Virus record (IMG/VR): IMGVR_UViG_3300044676_001711 | Span: 1-38,293 of that record | Length of the DNA: 38,293 nucleotides | DNA from: a virus | Lineage: Duplodnaviria > Caudoviricetes | Direction: 5' to 3' (one strand) | In this document: positions 25,901 through 35,326 of the stretch, piece after piece | Layout of the letters: each line of letters begins with the position of its first letter | How positions within the stretch are numbered: position 1 is the first letter of the stretch | The notes under the pieces: generated by a model | Databases searched by the model: none | What the model was told of the DNA's origin: nothing | The model's input: the letters and a program-made list of their open reading frames with translations, nothing else | Made by a program: the position numbers and the translations under genes

Positions 25901-26967
25901 GTAGGTCCATCTCTTAGAACAAAGTCAAACGTGGCAGCACTAGACGTGCCGCTGTTGGTTACCGACGCTGTTCCAGCGTTGGTAACAGAACTTGTAGTGC
26001 CAACTGCAATCGTAGCCGCCGCACCATCGGCGCCGTCGGCGCCCGCAGCCCCTGTAGCGCCAGTCGCACCAGTAGCCCCCGTTGCGCCTGTCGGGCCAAC
26101 AAGAGAAGTCGCTGTTCCCCATGCCCCGCTTGCTTTAGGACCGTAAATGTCGTCGTTAGTTGTGTCGATATAAAAATCGCCATCAACTCCAGTACCAGCA
26201 GAAGGTGCCCCCGCACCATTCAAAACAGTCTTGCCGTCAGCCCCGTCAGCCCCGTCAGCACCTGCCGCACCTGTAGCGCCCGTAGCACCCGTAGCACCCG
26301 TAGCTCCTGTAGCTCCTGTAGCCCCTATAGGGCCAACCAAAGACGTTGCGCTCCCCCACGCGCCACTTGTCTTAGGTCCGTAAATCTCGTCAGCAGTCGT
26401 GTCAATGTAGAAATCGCCGTCAACGCCTGTTCCTGCCGACGGCGCACCAGACCCATTCAGAACACTTTTACCATCGGCGCCATCAGCGCCATCAGCGCCA
26501 TCAGCACCCGCAGCGCCCGTAGCGCCCGTGGCGCCCGTGGCGCCCGTAGCGCCAGTGGCCCCAGTCGCTCCAGCAGGCCCCGTAGGCCCGTCACGCAAAA
26601 CAAAATCAAGCGTAGCGGCGCTGCTAGTACCACTGTTAGTAACGCTCGCAGTTCCAGCATTAGAAACAGAACTTGTCGTCCCAACAGCAACGGTTGCCGC
26701 AGCACCAGTCGCACCAGTAGCCCCAGCAGGGCCAGTCGGCCCAGTAAGCCCCTGCTCAGCCAACGTCTGCCAGTAAACATTGTTCCCAGGCGTGTTGCCC
26801 GTCGTGTTCTGACGGGCGACAAACGACTCCCCGTTATAAGTAACAACGTCACCCGCAACATAAGCAGTTGCCGCAGAGTACGTCCCCTGATACGTCAACC
26901 CGTCCGCAATGTTAAGCTGCACAAGCGGCGACAGGTTCTTGTTAATCTGAAAGTTAGGTGTACTCAT
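22987..26967 (-). CDS. Collagen-like long tail fibre with duplicated modules
   Basis: GAT/GAD/GPT Gly-X-Y runs; N-terminal carbohydrate-binding-like YVAGDVVTYNG; ATG at 26967 by ATGA overlap. Confidence 0.85.
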   Translation of the reverse strand: MSTPNFQINKNLSPLVQLNIADGLTYQGTYSAATAYVAGDVVTYNGESFVARQNTTGNTPGNNVYWQTLAEQGLTGPTGPAGATGATGAAATVAVGTTSSVSNAGTASVTNSGTSSAATLDFVLRDGPTGPAGATGATGATGATGATGATGAAGADGADGADGADGKSVLNGSGAPSAGTGVDGDFYIDTTADEIYGPKTSGAWGSATSLVGPIGATGATGATGATGATGATGAAGADGADGADGKTVLNGAGAPSAGTGVDGDFYIDTTNDDIYGPKASGAWGTATSLVGPTGATGATGATGATGAAGADGADGAAATIAVGTTSSVTNAGTASVTNSGTSSAATFDFVLRDGPTGPQGATGPQGATGATGATGATGPAGADGADGVIQTVTAGTNLNGGGSAATVTLNLDNDITLTSVTADLNGPVHITVKNTSGGTLAKGTPVYATGSVGASGAVEVSPSDADVASTMPALGLLDDALANNAEGSATVLGIIGGINTSSYAVNDELYVSTTAGVLTATRPTGASELVQKIGRVVRVDASTGEILVLGSGRANDVPNGTLSNDTTGNAATATALETARTINGVSFDGTANITVAAAAGTLTGATLASGVTASSLTSVGTLSALSVGGNITVTGTVDGRDVAADGTKLDGIESGADVTDAANVETAIEAITLTSVAGATGDEILVVDATDGGLKAVLWQNLPAAPVDSVNSQTGIVVLDADDISDAATTNKFTTAANLTKLGHITVTQAVDLDTIESRVNQLDAAVVLQGSWDASAGSFPGSGSAQAGESYIVSVAGTVDSVAFSVNDRLLAIVDNASTSTYASNWLKLDYTDQVLSVNTQTGAVVLDADDISDTSTTNKFTTAADITKLAGIESGATADQTAADIRGLGFFDTTNDGTGSGLDADLLDGNHATAFATAAQGSTADSALQNVVEDTTPQLGGALDVNGQEITGAIDLHSTGDVITELGDAAGVNKLSVRDSAAVEVAAFDSDGNLTLAGTVDGRDVAADGTKLDGIAAGAEVNAVDSVNSQTGVVVLDADDISDAATTNKFTTAADITKLAGIETGADVTDAANVETSIEAITLTAVAGATGDEVLIVDATDGGLKAVLWENLPSGGGGGISNVVEDTTPQLGGALDVNGQEITGAIDLHSTGDVIIELGDAAGTNKVSVRDSGAVEQFLIDSDGNVGVGKTPNAGSRLDVNGRIEAYQNTLQTNNDDYAFITSGNFGGGYGFYEGTNRAVIVAPGGNQMEFHVGGSPTSWGTMAIDIDASGNVRFPVSIQDSTGRDISDAVTSTDVTDIVEISQASYTALGAGRPANRLYLITS

Positions 26968-27185
26968 TGTCCAGCGTGCCATTCAAGATGGTCGTCTTGA
27001 CGACGACGAACTTCTTTTACATCATCACGAACTTCACTAATCCGTTCAGAAATATCGTCAAGCCGAGCCAAACTATCGGAGTGTTGGACAGTGTTTTCTT
27101 TACGGAAACGAGCACCGAATACCGCAAACACTCCTGTCACAATAGCTGCGCCTGTGCCGCCCAAGATTGCGGCCCATTCACCCAT
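26964..27185 (-). CDS. Small membrane protein with coiled coil (holin-like/lysis accessory)
   Basis: N-terminal TM, then heptads ending DDHLEWH. Confidence 0.6.
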   Translation of the reverse strand: MGEWAAILGGTGAAIVTGVFAVFGARFRKENTVQHSDSLARLDDISERISEVRDDVKEVRRRQDDHLEWHAGQ

Positions 27186-27186
27186 G

Positions 27187-28431
27187 TCATGCTGCCTCTA
27201 GCGCTTCCAGGCGGGCAGATAGTTCCTGAACAGATTTGATTAACACAGGCACCATCTCCGTGTACGCCATGACCTTGTACCCGTTGGCGTCATCTTCAGT
27301 GACTCGGTAATCGGTAGGGTTAAGACCTTCTGCAGTCATCGCTGCCTCCACGGTCTGAGCACCCAGGAACCAATGTTTCTTGTCATCAAACGACATTCCG
27401 TCTACAGACGACTCAGCCCACTTGCCAGTAAACGGATCAAGACGATTCACAAACGACAAACCCAGACTCGGGCCCTCGTTCGTCTTCAACCGTTCATCAG
27501 ACGAACCCAACGAACCGCCGCTGTAATACAACACACGAACCTGCAAATCCTCAACGTTCGTGTTGTCATCTTGAAGAACAACAAGCCGCTCAGAGCTTGA
27601 GTTCGACGGGCGAATAATCCCCGAATAAGCAGCGCCCTTCGTCGGATACTGGAAACTAATACCAGCACCAACAGGGCTGCTGCCCGTACAAGACAAATTC
27701 AACGTCTGATTGCCAGCGATCGTACCAGACGTGCTGCTGAACGTGTATTTGCCAGTAGCTGTGTCGCTGGCGTTGCTTGTGATGTAATTCGAATGCGAAT
27801 GCGAATCGTTCGCAACAGTCGTAGTCATGAACATGCTGGAGTTGCCCTTGACCGAGACAGACCCCGACACATCGCCCGACAACGTCAACGTCCTGGCAGT
27901 CGTCCACTGGTCAGCGTTGGCGACACTGCCCGTAACAGTAGTCGCAGTAGTCGCAGTAGTCGCAGTAGTCGCAGTAGTGGCATTGCCATTGAACGTTGCT
28001 GCAGAAACATCAACAATGACCGTGCCAGAAGAATTGACAACATCACCCTTGAACGTCGCATCCGTACCGTTCGTGCCGTTCGCCAACACCGTCGTAGTGT
28101 TGTCACTAGCAAGAATCGTGCCCCGATAAGTCGAAGCGCTACCAGTAGTTCCGTTTACCAACACAATATCGTTGTTGTCAGCCAGGATCTCACCCTTAAG
28201 GCTGTCAACGCTGCCGCTCACCGACGCATTCAACGTGCCGTTGACCGTCAAGTCTTGAACCGTCATAGCCCCCGAAATCGTTACAGCCCCTGTAGCCTGA
28301 AACGCCCCATGAGATTGAGTGCCATCCAAAACGTCGTTAATCAACGCTTCTACGTTTGTAAAGTTGCTGTTCATGTCAGCAGCAACAATCGCAGAACCCG
28401 CAGTAAATGTGTTTCTTGTCAAAGTTGCCAT
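27187..28431 (-). CDS. Tail fibre/spike with C-terminal intramolecular chaperone (Peptidase S74)
   Basis: SSDERLKTN...GAQTV...YTEMVPVLIKSVQELSARLEALE. Confidence 0.85.
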   Translation of the reverse strand: MATLTRNTFTAGSAIVAADMNSNFTNVEALINDVLDGTQSHGAFQATGAVTISGAMTVQDLTVNGTLNASVSGSVDSLKGEILADNNDIVLVNGTTGSASTYRGTILASDNTTTVLANGTNGTDATFKGDVVNSSGTVIVDVSAATFNGNATTATTATTATTATTVTGSVANADQWTTARTLTLSGDVSGSVSVKGNSSMFMTTTVANDSHSHSNYITSNASDTATGKYTFSSTSGTIAGNQTLNLSCTGSSPVGAGISFQYPTKGAAYSGIIRPSNSSSERLVVLQDDNTNVEDLQVRVLYYSGGSLGSSDERLKTNEGPSLGLSFVNRLDPFTGKWAESSVDGMSFDDKKHWFLGAQTVEAAMTAEGLNPTDYRVTEDDANGYKVMAYTEMVPVLIKSVQELSARLEALEAA

Positions 28432-30050
28432 TATCGCATCCTTCGTGATTTATGAGGGAACGAAACTGCATTCACTTCCCAAGGAACATTTTCTTGTGTA
28501 GGCCCAGTAATTTTCAAAGCAATAGCCGAAGAAGTCCCGCCAGACCCAATCTTGTAAATATCCGTGACCTGACGAACAATGCCCGAAGCCCACACGCCGT
28601 CACCAGTAGTTCCCCCAGAGTTCTGCCAAGTAGCAGTACCCCAAACAGAGTCGCTGCTTTGTCGACCGCTAATCGGCACTACATACGACAACTCTTCTTT
28701 AGGGCCAGACATGCGAGTAGCTGCAACCGTCGTGTCATAATCATGGAACACGTCAACAGTCAAAGTCCCTGACTTCTCAGCAGAAGTCACCAAACGCATC
28801 TGTCCCCATCGTTTACGAACAATGGGGTTTCTTGTCTTTACCCAAGAAGTTTGGAAACGAGACGCAATGTTGGTAGAAACATACGCCCCCCCAGTGTAGG
28901 TATAACGATCAGCCGTCGTTTCTCCTGTATCAATAGAAACAACACGACCAGTGTTATCCACACATGCGCCGTACAAAATCGGTTGACCGTCAGGAGCGTG
29001 ATGTGTATGCAACGTTGAAGCGTCTACATCCCACAGCACCCACGCCGTCATCGTCGGGTCATAAACGTAAATGTGCCGCTTTGTGATGTTGGCGTCGCCA
29101 TCAAAATAGTCAACAGAAACATACAGTTTGTTGTTTGCCCAACCCAACTGCGGTGGATTGTTGTTGAACGAAATACGGCCATCGTCAATCGCTGGCTGCA
29201 ATTTCTCAAACAACCAGATCATGTTTGTGCCATCGTACAAGTACACCCCTTGACGATCATTCCAAAAGAACACGCCGTAAGGAGTAGATACTGCAGACGA
29301 CTCACCAGTCATGCCGACTGTTTCAGAAATGGTAACAAGCTGAAAACTGTCACCGTCAAAACCAAACAACGCATACGTTGAGTTGGCTTTAAAAATCATC
29401 AAACGGTCGTTGTGGCCCAACACGCCAGTGATGTAATCGCCGCCCTCGCCTTTACCAATGTCTATGTAATCAAGGTCATCCCACTGCTCAGGCAAGTTCG
29501 CATGAGAGTACCTAATCCTTGTCGGGTAATTAGTTCCTGATTCCTTTGTGTAACCTACCCAAGCAAAGTTGTTCCAGTGCGTCACATACTTGGCTTGTGG
29601 AAAGTTCCCTGTTGTGCCGTCAAGCGTCGTCCCCAAATCCGCAGCAGTCGAACCGTCATAGTAGAAAGACGGTTGATCAAACGACACCCCGTAAGCCCTG
29701 TTATTTATAGTATCGCCGTAAACCCTGCTGCCAGCGGTGCGGGCTGTCGGCCCGACAAGGTTGGTAAAGTCGGTGCCGTCGTGTGCGGCAATGCTTGTGC
29801 CGTAGTTGACAAGCACCTTGTTGGTCCCGTCGTCTTTGTACAACGACCAGATGCCTTTGACATTGCTGCCCAAAGCCGTCTGATTATGTGTTGTCACCCC
29901 TTTGCGCAAAGCGATCCCGCCACGGGGATCTACAGACACGTTCATCAAATCAGGCGATTCGTTCAAATCAAGATTGAACGCATCAGTCCTGTAGTTCAGG
30001 CCACCCCTAAAGTTCTCTAGGGTAGTTAGGCTGTAACCAGTATCAGTCAT
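28431..30050 (-). CDS. Tail nozzle/stabilization protein (beta-propeller; P22 gp10/T7 gp12-like)
   Basis: NFRGGLN start, repeated beta-strand motifs, position after adaptor. Confidence 0.75.
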   Translation of the reverse strand: MTDTGYSLTTLENFRGGLNYRTDAFNLDLNESPDLMNVSVDPRGGIALRKGVTTHNQTALGSNVKGIWSLYKDDGTNKVLVNYGTSIAAHDGTDFTNLVGPTARTAGSRVYGDTINNRAYGVSFDQPSFYYDGSTAADLGTTLDGTTGNFPQAKYVTHWNNFAWVGYTKESGTNYPTRIRYSHANLPEQWDDLDYIDIGKGEGGDYITGVLGHNDRLMIFKANSTYALFGFDGDSFQLVTISETVGMTGESSAVSTPYGVFFWNDRQGVYLYDGTNMIWLFEKLQPAIDDGRISFNNNPPQLGWANNKLYVSVDYFDGDANITKRHIYVYDPTMTAWVLWDVDASTLHTHHAPDGQPILYGACVDNTGRVVSIDTGETTADRYTYTGGAYVSTNIASRFQTSWVKTRNPIVRKRWGQMRLVTSAEKSGTLTVDVFHDYDTTVAATRMSGPKEELSYVVPISGRQSSDSVWGTATWQNSGGTTGDGVWASGIVRQVTDIYKIGSGGTSSAIALKITGPTQENVPWEVNAVSFPHKSRRMR

Positions 30051-30059
30051 TGTTACTGC

Positions 30060-30788
30060 CTAAAAAATCGCGCCACCAGTGTTCTGGTACCTCTTTGGAT
30101 AACGGAAGTCCACCCAGTTGCGCTTACGGCTGTTCAACAACATTGGTTGAGGGGCAGGTGTATCAGCAAAACGCCGAGCCAAGTTATCTAGTTCTACTTG
30201 AAACTGGCGATCGTACTGCATTGACATTGTCGGGTCTTCTTGCTGCAAATACGCCCGAGCAGCAGCATAGATTGACAACAATGGATGAAACGGATCAGGC
30301 AAATCAGGATACAACGCAGTGTTTGCTGTACCGTCCATCTTGTTCGGGAAGTCAGTAGCTTTCCGACTCCCACGCATGTAGATCGTTTCTACAGCAGCAG
30401 GCGTAGGGTAAAACCTAACCTTTTCTCCCCAGAAAGACCAATACTGCGGAGTTCCAGATCCAAGAGTGTTCAACGGATTATGATAATCAGCCAGATCACG
30501 ACCAGTGTACTCAATGATGTGATCGTCTGTTCTCAAGGACCACACTTCTCGTACAGTTTGATTAATCAAGCTGTACCCGATTTCTGCAAACGTGTAATCA
30601 GATTTGTCAGCTACCGTAGAAAAAGTAGTTGAAAGTTCAAAAAACGGCCAACGCTTTTCGCTGTAAACAATAGCGTCGTATCCTTGGGCGATAAAAGTGT
30701 CTAGAACAGAGTTAGGGATGTCACCGTCCGCAATGTCCAACATGCCTTGGACTTGAGTTCTGATCTGCCCCAGAGACATTGCGCTCAT
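30060..30788 (-). CDS. Head-tail adaptor protein
   Basis: LGQIRTQV...WPFFE...GTPQYW...FYPTP...DLPDPFHPLL. Confidence 0.75.
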   Translation of the reverse strand: MSAMSLGQIRTQVQGMLDIADGDIPNSVLDTFIAQGYDAIVYSEKRWPFFELSTTFSTVADKSDYTFAEIGYSLINQTVREVWSLRTDDHIIEYTGRDLADYHNPLNTLGSGTPQYWSFWGEKVRFYPTPAAVETIYMRGSRKATDFPNKMDGTANTALYPDLPDPFHPLLSIYAAARAYLQQEDPTMSMQYDRQFQVELDNLARRFADTPAPQPMLLNSRKRNWVDFRYPKRYQNTGGAIF

Positions 30789-30791
30789 TGT

Positions 30792-31040
30792 TTACCCAGC
30801 TTCCCGATGAAACACACACAACGACGATCCCTCCAAAGGACGACCTTTGCAGGGATCACCATTCTTCTTTGTTGCCGAACAGCTTTGCGGTTCGTCAACA
30901 GCAGTAAACACAGCCTGCATTTCTTGCACGTTGCGTCCTGCTACATAATTAGAGACTTTGACATCAGCTTCGATACCGTCTCGTGGCGATCCGTAAGGTC
31001 GCACGTTCTTCCCGTAACCGACTGCAAGTTCTCTTCCCAT
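30792..31040 (-). CDS. Small protein with C3H zinc-finger-like motif
   Basis: CSATKKNGDPCKGRPLEGSSLCVFH. Confidence 0.7.
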   Translation of the reverse strand: MGRELAVGYGKNVRPYGSPRDGIEADVKVSNYVAGRNVQEMQAVFTAVDEPQSCSATKKNGDPCKGRPLEGSSLCVFHREAG

Positions 31041-31058
31041 AAATCCTCTTCAACAGCA

Positions 31059-31083
31059 GGGGCGAGGCTGTATGCCCCGCCCC
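31059..31083 (-). terminator. Hairpin after major capsid gene (attenuator or mRNA stabiliser)
   Basis: ggggcggggc-ataca-gcctcgcccc on the - strand; no clear U-tract. Confidence 0.5.
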
Positions 31084-31096
31084 CAACTGTCAACTA

Positions 31097-32083
31097 TCAG
31101 GCGTCCAGAACGTTGTCCAGAACACCCTGACGGGCACGGTTGCTGATCGTCAACTGGCCGTAGCACAGGATCTGCGAGAACACAGCGTCCTGATTCGTGG
31201 GCCGCACAAACGGAGTCGGCTTGAACCAGACATCCGAGTGGCCGACAAGGCTCAGGTACTTCGTGTTCAGCATGTACACACGCCCACTGCCAGGGTGGTT
31301 GACGGTGTCGGAACCTGCGGGGCAGTCTGCATCAAACACGACAGGAGCACCCTTGAACATGAGGTTCTGGAACCCCGAGTTCGCCATGTCCGTGTCAGTG
31401 TAACGAACGTTGTTCGTCAGCAGCGCTTCGTAGGCTTCGTAGCCGTCCTGCGTGGTAATGATGATCGTTGGCTGATCGTTGCCGACTGAAATGCTGTTGT
31501 ACAGCGTTCCCATAGCTGCAAGCGACAGGTTGCCGCTGTTCGCCGTGTGGTCGGTAACGCTTGAACGCCACCAAGCATTATCAGCATCGTTGCCGTCGAT
31601 ACCGCCAACGCTGTTGGTGGTGCCGATCAGGTTCTGAAGACCGTTCCAGTCCTTACCGCTGTTGCCAGTCCCATCACCGAACAGCATGCTGTTCATGTTC
31701 TGAATCACTGTTTCCTGAGCCTGGAAGATCTTGCCTTCCAGCAGGTCAATGATCTGCTCTTCGCCGCTGTTCTTGGCTTCTTCGATGCCGCTGATCGTGA
31801 CCGTAACTGCGTACTGGCCCCAATCATACTCGGCAGCGGTCATGCCGTCCGAAGCAGTGATTGCAATAGCATCAGTGCCCGCATACGAAGCAGCCGTAGC
31901 GTTCGTCTTACCGAGCACGGGAACAACAATCTTTGCCCCGCCACCGACACGACGCAGAACCTGACCATCAGTCAGTGCGTAGAACAGTGGACGAGCCGAA
32001 AAGATGTTGTCGGTAAGCCGAGGAACATAGTTCTTCAGCGTTGTAGTTAGAATCTCGTCAAAACTAGTATTTCCAAAAGCCAT
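31097..32083 (-). CDS. Major capsid protein
   Basis: 328 aa after scaffold; TTLKNY..RLTDNIF...PLF, LFGDGTGN.GK..NGL, GFQNLMFKG.PVV.D, YMLNTKYL; strong codon bias. Confidence 0.9.
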   Translation of the reverse strand: MAFGNTSFDEILTTTLKNYVPRLTDNIFSARPLFYALTDGQVLRRVGGGAKIVVPVLGKTNATAASYAGTDAIAITASDGMTAAEYDWGQYAVTVTISGIEEAKNSGEEQIIDLLEGKIFQAQETVIQNMNSMLFGDGTGNSGKDWNGLQNLIGTTNSVGGIDGNDADNAWWRSSVTDHTANSGNLSLAAMGTLYNSISVGNDQPTIIITTQDGYEAYEALLTNNVRYTDTDMANSGFQNLMFKGAPVVFDADCPAGSDTVNHPGSGRVYMLNTKYLSLVGHSDVWFKPTPFVRPTNQDAVFSQILCYGQLTISNRARQGVLDNVLDA

Positions 32084-32100
32084 GATGGCTCCTTAGTGAA

Positions 32101-32814
32101 TCAAGTGGTCATTTGCTTCTTTGCAAGAGCAAAAGCTTCACGAAGTGTGGTCACCTTGGTATCTGAAACTTCGGGCTGGGTTCCCGCTTGGGTTGACCCG
32201 CCAGGAGCTACTACTGCCGCATCTCGCTTCTTCTCCGTGATTTCTTTATCTTGCCGCAGTTTGTCTGCGGTAGACCTCACGTCGTTGAATTGCCAATGCG
32301 TGTACGCTGCTTCAAGATTTGTAATCTTGTTTGTAACAGCGTGATGTAGCAGATCTTGTTTGTCGAAATCTCCGTACCGCTCCCTCAAACGATCAACTTC
32401 TTTATCTACTTGCTGGACTCGCGCAGCCCGCTCCTGCATTTCGATTTTGCGCTCTAGCTCAGCCAACTTCTTGTCAGAAGGGTCCATGTCATCCCAGCTT
32501 GAATCTTCTTTCAAGACAGGATTCATATTGATGCCAAATGTCTGAGCCAAAGTGTTCAAAGTCCCCTCTGGATCATTTTCCAGAGCAGACACGATTGCTT
32601 CGGCTTGCTGCAAACGCTCCCGTTCGCTGGCTACCTCTTGCGTCTTGCGGGTGTAATCCGCTTGGCGCTGGTAACCTTTTTGAAGCTCTTCAAGGGTGAC
32701 CTCATGTTCCTGCCCGTCAATCTTGACGGTGTAACCAGGTTCCTGATTTACTTCTTCTGAAACTTCTGGAGTATCCGCACTTGCGGGTTCAGTTGTTTCG
32801 GTTTCTTCGGACAC
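32101..32814 (-). CDS. Capsid scaffolding protein
   Basis: YTVKIDGQEHEVTLEELQKGYQRQADYTRKTQEVA. Confidence 0.88.
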   Translation of the reverse strand: MSEETETTEPASADTPEVSEEVNQEPGYTVKIDGQEHEVTLEELQKGYQRQADYTRKTQEVASERERLQQAEAIVSALENDPEGTLNTLAQTFGINMNPVLKEDSSWDDMDPSDKKLAELERKIEMQERAARVQQVDKEVDRLRERYGDFDKQDLLHHAVTNKITNLEAAYTHWQFNDVRSTADKLRQDKEITEKKRDAAVVAPGGSTQAGTQPEVSDTKVTTLREAFALAKKQMTT

Positions 32815-32849
32815 TATGATCCTCCTAAGGAATCTTGTAAAAAGGTGTT

Positions 32850-32876
32850 CCTAAGAATAACAATAACTATGTCCCA
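32850..32876 (-). promoter_or_regulatory. Putative late promoter motif TGGGAC-N17-TAGG
   Basis: Portal-scaffold intergenic region. Confidence 0.55.
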
Positions 32877-34745
32877 TTACAGGGACGGTAGTTGCATTCC
32901 CATCTGCCCTTGAAGCTGCGCTAGCAACTCGGGGGGCACGCCCCCAGTCGGAGCAAACGCTCCGTCTGGGGATTGAGGGACTGGAACGCCACCCACATCG
33001 GGAGGCATTGGTTGTCCTTCAGGGGGCACCGCACCGTCAGGCGGCATCATTGGTGCTTGTCCCATAAGGAACTTCTCGGGATCTTTGATCCCGAAACCAT
33101 CTTCAAGAACGTGCCTTGCCAGCGCAGCAGGGTCAATGACCGTGCCGACAAGCGGCGCAACAGCGTTCAACAACGAAACCGCCTGTTGACGACGGATCGT
33201 TTCGTTCATTGGCTGGGTAGAACCAGCCTGCACAGAAAAGTCGTATTCCCCAACAATTTCTTCACGACCATAAGGAATAAACACATCATCGCCAGCAGGT
33301 CCAGCAATTCGCGCCATAGCTTCATCAGTCATAAACTGCTGCAAAAGCTGAATGACACGTTTAGCGACTTGACCAACACTAATTTCAACTATTGCTAGTT
33401 TGTCTGCTGCCCGAGCGTTTTGAGCGTCAGCAATAATTGACGCTTCAGTCGCTGTCCGACGAATCTCAGGCATAGCGCCACGGGCGTACTCAGAAATGCC
33501 TGACACCGTGTTGATATCGTCCGAAATAATACTGGAATAGTTGTAGATCTCTGCCGCTAACGGAACTTGCGGCAACGGCATCACAACTTGATCTAGCGGC
33601 TTGTTTTCGTCAATGACAGGCACAAACTGTCCGTCATTTTCGGATTCCAACGCCTCACGACCTGCAGGCCCAAACGAACGTTCGTGGAACAGGTACTTTC
33701 GTGCGTACCGCTTACGATCGTTCATAAGCTGACTACGAGTTTTGTCTAGCTCTAGCTGCAACGGTTCGATCGCTTCTAGATCGCCCATCGGGTAGAAGTG
33801 GTCAGGAATGTCATAGTTGCGGAGCATGACAAACGGGTGGCCGTATGCATAGGGCATGGCGACTGGGTCCACAAGGAACTCGTCTGCCCCATCGGCGTAC
33901 ACGGACAAGGTGTTGTCCATGATGTCGTAATATTCCCACAAGACAACTTGGTCTTCCAAGTATTCAACTTTGTCATCAGTAGGCACATCGTCGTACATGT
34001 TTCGGCTGTAGTTCGCCGTAAGGTTCTTCCTAGCCGAAGGCTTGTAACGTCGATCTTTCTCCGCTTCCTCTAATGGCCGCACAATCCGTTGCGCCACCCA
34101 GCGTGCGTCTTCCATACAAGTAGCAGCAGGGTCAACGTACACGTCGTACACGCTGATTCGCTCAACAAACGGTTGATCTTCAACAATTCGCATCTCTGTG
34201 GATGGGATGCTAGCGACAACGTCTTCGAACGAAGGCGGTTCAACCCCTTCCATGAAGTTCTGCAACACGGTTTGATCAATCTCAGACATAGCTGAGTTGA
34301 CCATGTCTTCTCGGGCAAGTTCACTAATGCTTTGTTCTTGCTCTACAAACTTCCAACCGACTTTTAACCAGCCGTGCCCAAATATGAGAAAGTCTTTGAC
34401 TGCACGACGAAACGGCGTGCGAAAATCGTGATGACGCCACAAATGGTTGATTACCGCTTCTACAAACATCGCCCGCTGAGCATCTTCAGGTTTGTTTGCT
34501 TGGACAACAACTTTGGGGTAGTTGACAGCTACGGAAGGCGCAATGACATTGATCGTAGAAAACGCAAGGTTCACGGCAATTAAATCGCCGCTATCTTGCA
34601 TGTACGAAGGAAAATGATGACCCCTGTACAAGTCCGCTAAACGCGCCCAACTGTCATCGAACTGTTCGTCCCGACGCCACCGTTGACACTTGTTGATACG
34701 ATCTTTGTACTGCTCTAGTTGGTCACGGCGAGACTTCCGAGCCAT
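32877..34745 (-). CDS. Portal protein
   Basis: 622 aa between terminase and scaffold; GHGWLKVGW, TATEASI motifs; Pro-rich tail. Confidence 0.88.
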   Translation of the reverse strand: MARKSRRDQLEQYKDRINKCQRWRRDEQFDDSWARLADLYRGHHFPSYMQDSGDLIAVNLAFSTINVIAPSVAVNYPKVVVQANKPEDAQRAMFVEAVINHLWRHHDFRTPFRRAVKDFLIFGHGWLKVGWKFVEQEQSISELAREDMVNSAMSEIDQTVLQNFMEGVEPPSFEDVVASIPSTEMRIVEDQPFVERISVYDVYVDPAATCMEDARWVAQRIVRPLEEAEKDRRYKPSARKNLTANYSRNMYDDVPTDDKVEYLEDQVVLWEYYDIMDNTLSVYADGADEFLVDPVAMPYAYGHPFVMLRNYDIPDHFYPMGDLEAIEPLQLELDKTRSQLMNDRKRYARKYLFHERSFGPAGREALESENDGQFVPVIDENKPLDQVVMPLPQVPLAAEIYNYSSIISDDINTVSGISEYARGAMPEIRRTATEASIIADAQNARAADKLAIVEISVGQVAKRVIQLLQQFMTDEAMARIAGPAGDDVFIPYGREEIVGEYDFSVQAGSTQPMNETIRRQQAVSLLNAVAPLVGTVIDPAALARHVLEDGFGIKDPEKFLMGQAPMMPPDGAVPPEGQPMPPDVGGVPVPQSPDGAFAPTGGVPPELLAQLQGQMGMQLPSL

Positions 34746-34746
34746 C

Positions 34747-35004
34747 TCAAACCCTCTCTATATTGCGCCCCTGAGATTGAGCTTCTTGCACTACCTTGGC
34801 TTCACGTTCACGATTCGTGAGGTGTTGCTCGTCAGCAGGCAGCATCGCCCGTAAACCTCGGCCAGTCGAAATCTGAATAGAGTTCAACCGAGTCCAACGC
34901 TCATAAATCTCGTCAAGCTCTTCTGGGGGAATGGCGTCGCCTTTCTCCCGCCGCATATGTTCACAAAACTCAACATACGTTGAGTTTTTAGGAATAATCG
35001 CCAT
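34747..35004 (-). CDS. Hypothetical protein
   Basis: 85 aa in late operon. Confidence 0.65.
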   Translation of the reverse strand: MAIIPKNSTYVEFCEHMRREKGDAIPPEELDEIYERWTRLNSIQISTGRGLRAMLPADEQHLTNREREAKVVQEAQSQGRNIERV

Positions 35005-35006
35005 TT

Positions 35007-35282
35007 TCAGGCGTCGCGACCAGCAGCGTTATAGCCAGAAGCACGTTCAACAGAACCTGAAGCGCCGTGCTGATTCATTGGGGTGTCACGAGGGTTGATT
35101 CCCTGTCCGCGGTCACCAGTCTGCCCAGCATACTTTGGGTCAGAACCCCGATGAGTGCCACGCTGAGGACTACCAGCAGCGCTGCCAATCGGGTTCGACA
35201 CAACAGACTTGCCACGGGCCATCGTGTTGTTGCCACCGCCCACATCGGTAGTGCCATTCGTGTGTGAAACGTATCGTGCCAT
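35007..35282 (-). CDS. Small Gly-rich disordered late protein
   Basis: taggag RBS, downstream of GGGAC motif. Confidence 0.7.
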   Translation of the reverse strand: MARYVSHTNGTTDVGGGNNTMARGKSVVSNPIGSAAGSPQRGTHRGSDPKYAGQTGDRGQGINPRDTPMNQHGASGSVERASGYNAAGRDA

Positions 35283-35300
35283 GAATTACTCCTAAAGGTA

Positions 35301-35326
35301 CCTAATAGAAAGATGTGCGTGTCCCA
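35301..35326 (-). promoter_or_regulatory. Putative late promoter motif TGGGAC-N16-TAGG
   Basis: At the 3' end of the terminase nuclease gene. Confidence 0.55.

Noticed and set aside
22987-26967. Fibre duplications as a diversity-generating retroelement TR/VR pair
   Set aside because: No reverse transcriptase gene; the copies are in-frame and I saw no adenine-specific pattern of differences
27937-27978. (gtagtcgca)n tandem repeat
   Set aside because: Encodes the ATTATTATT stretch of the tail fibre; an ordinary coding repeat
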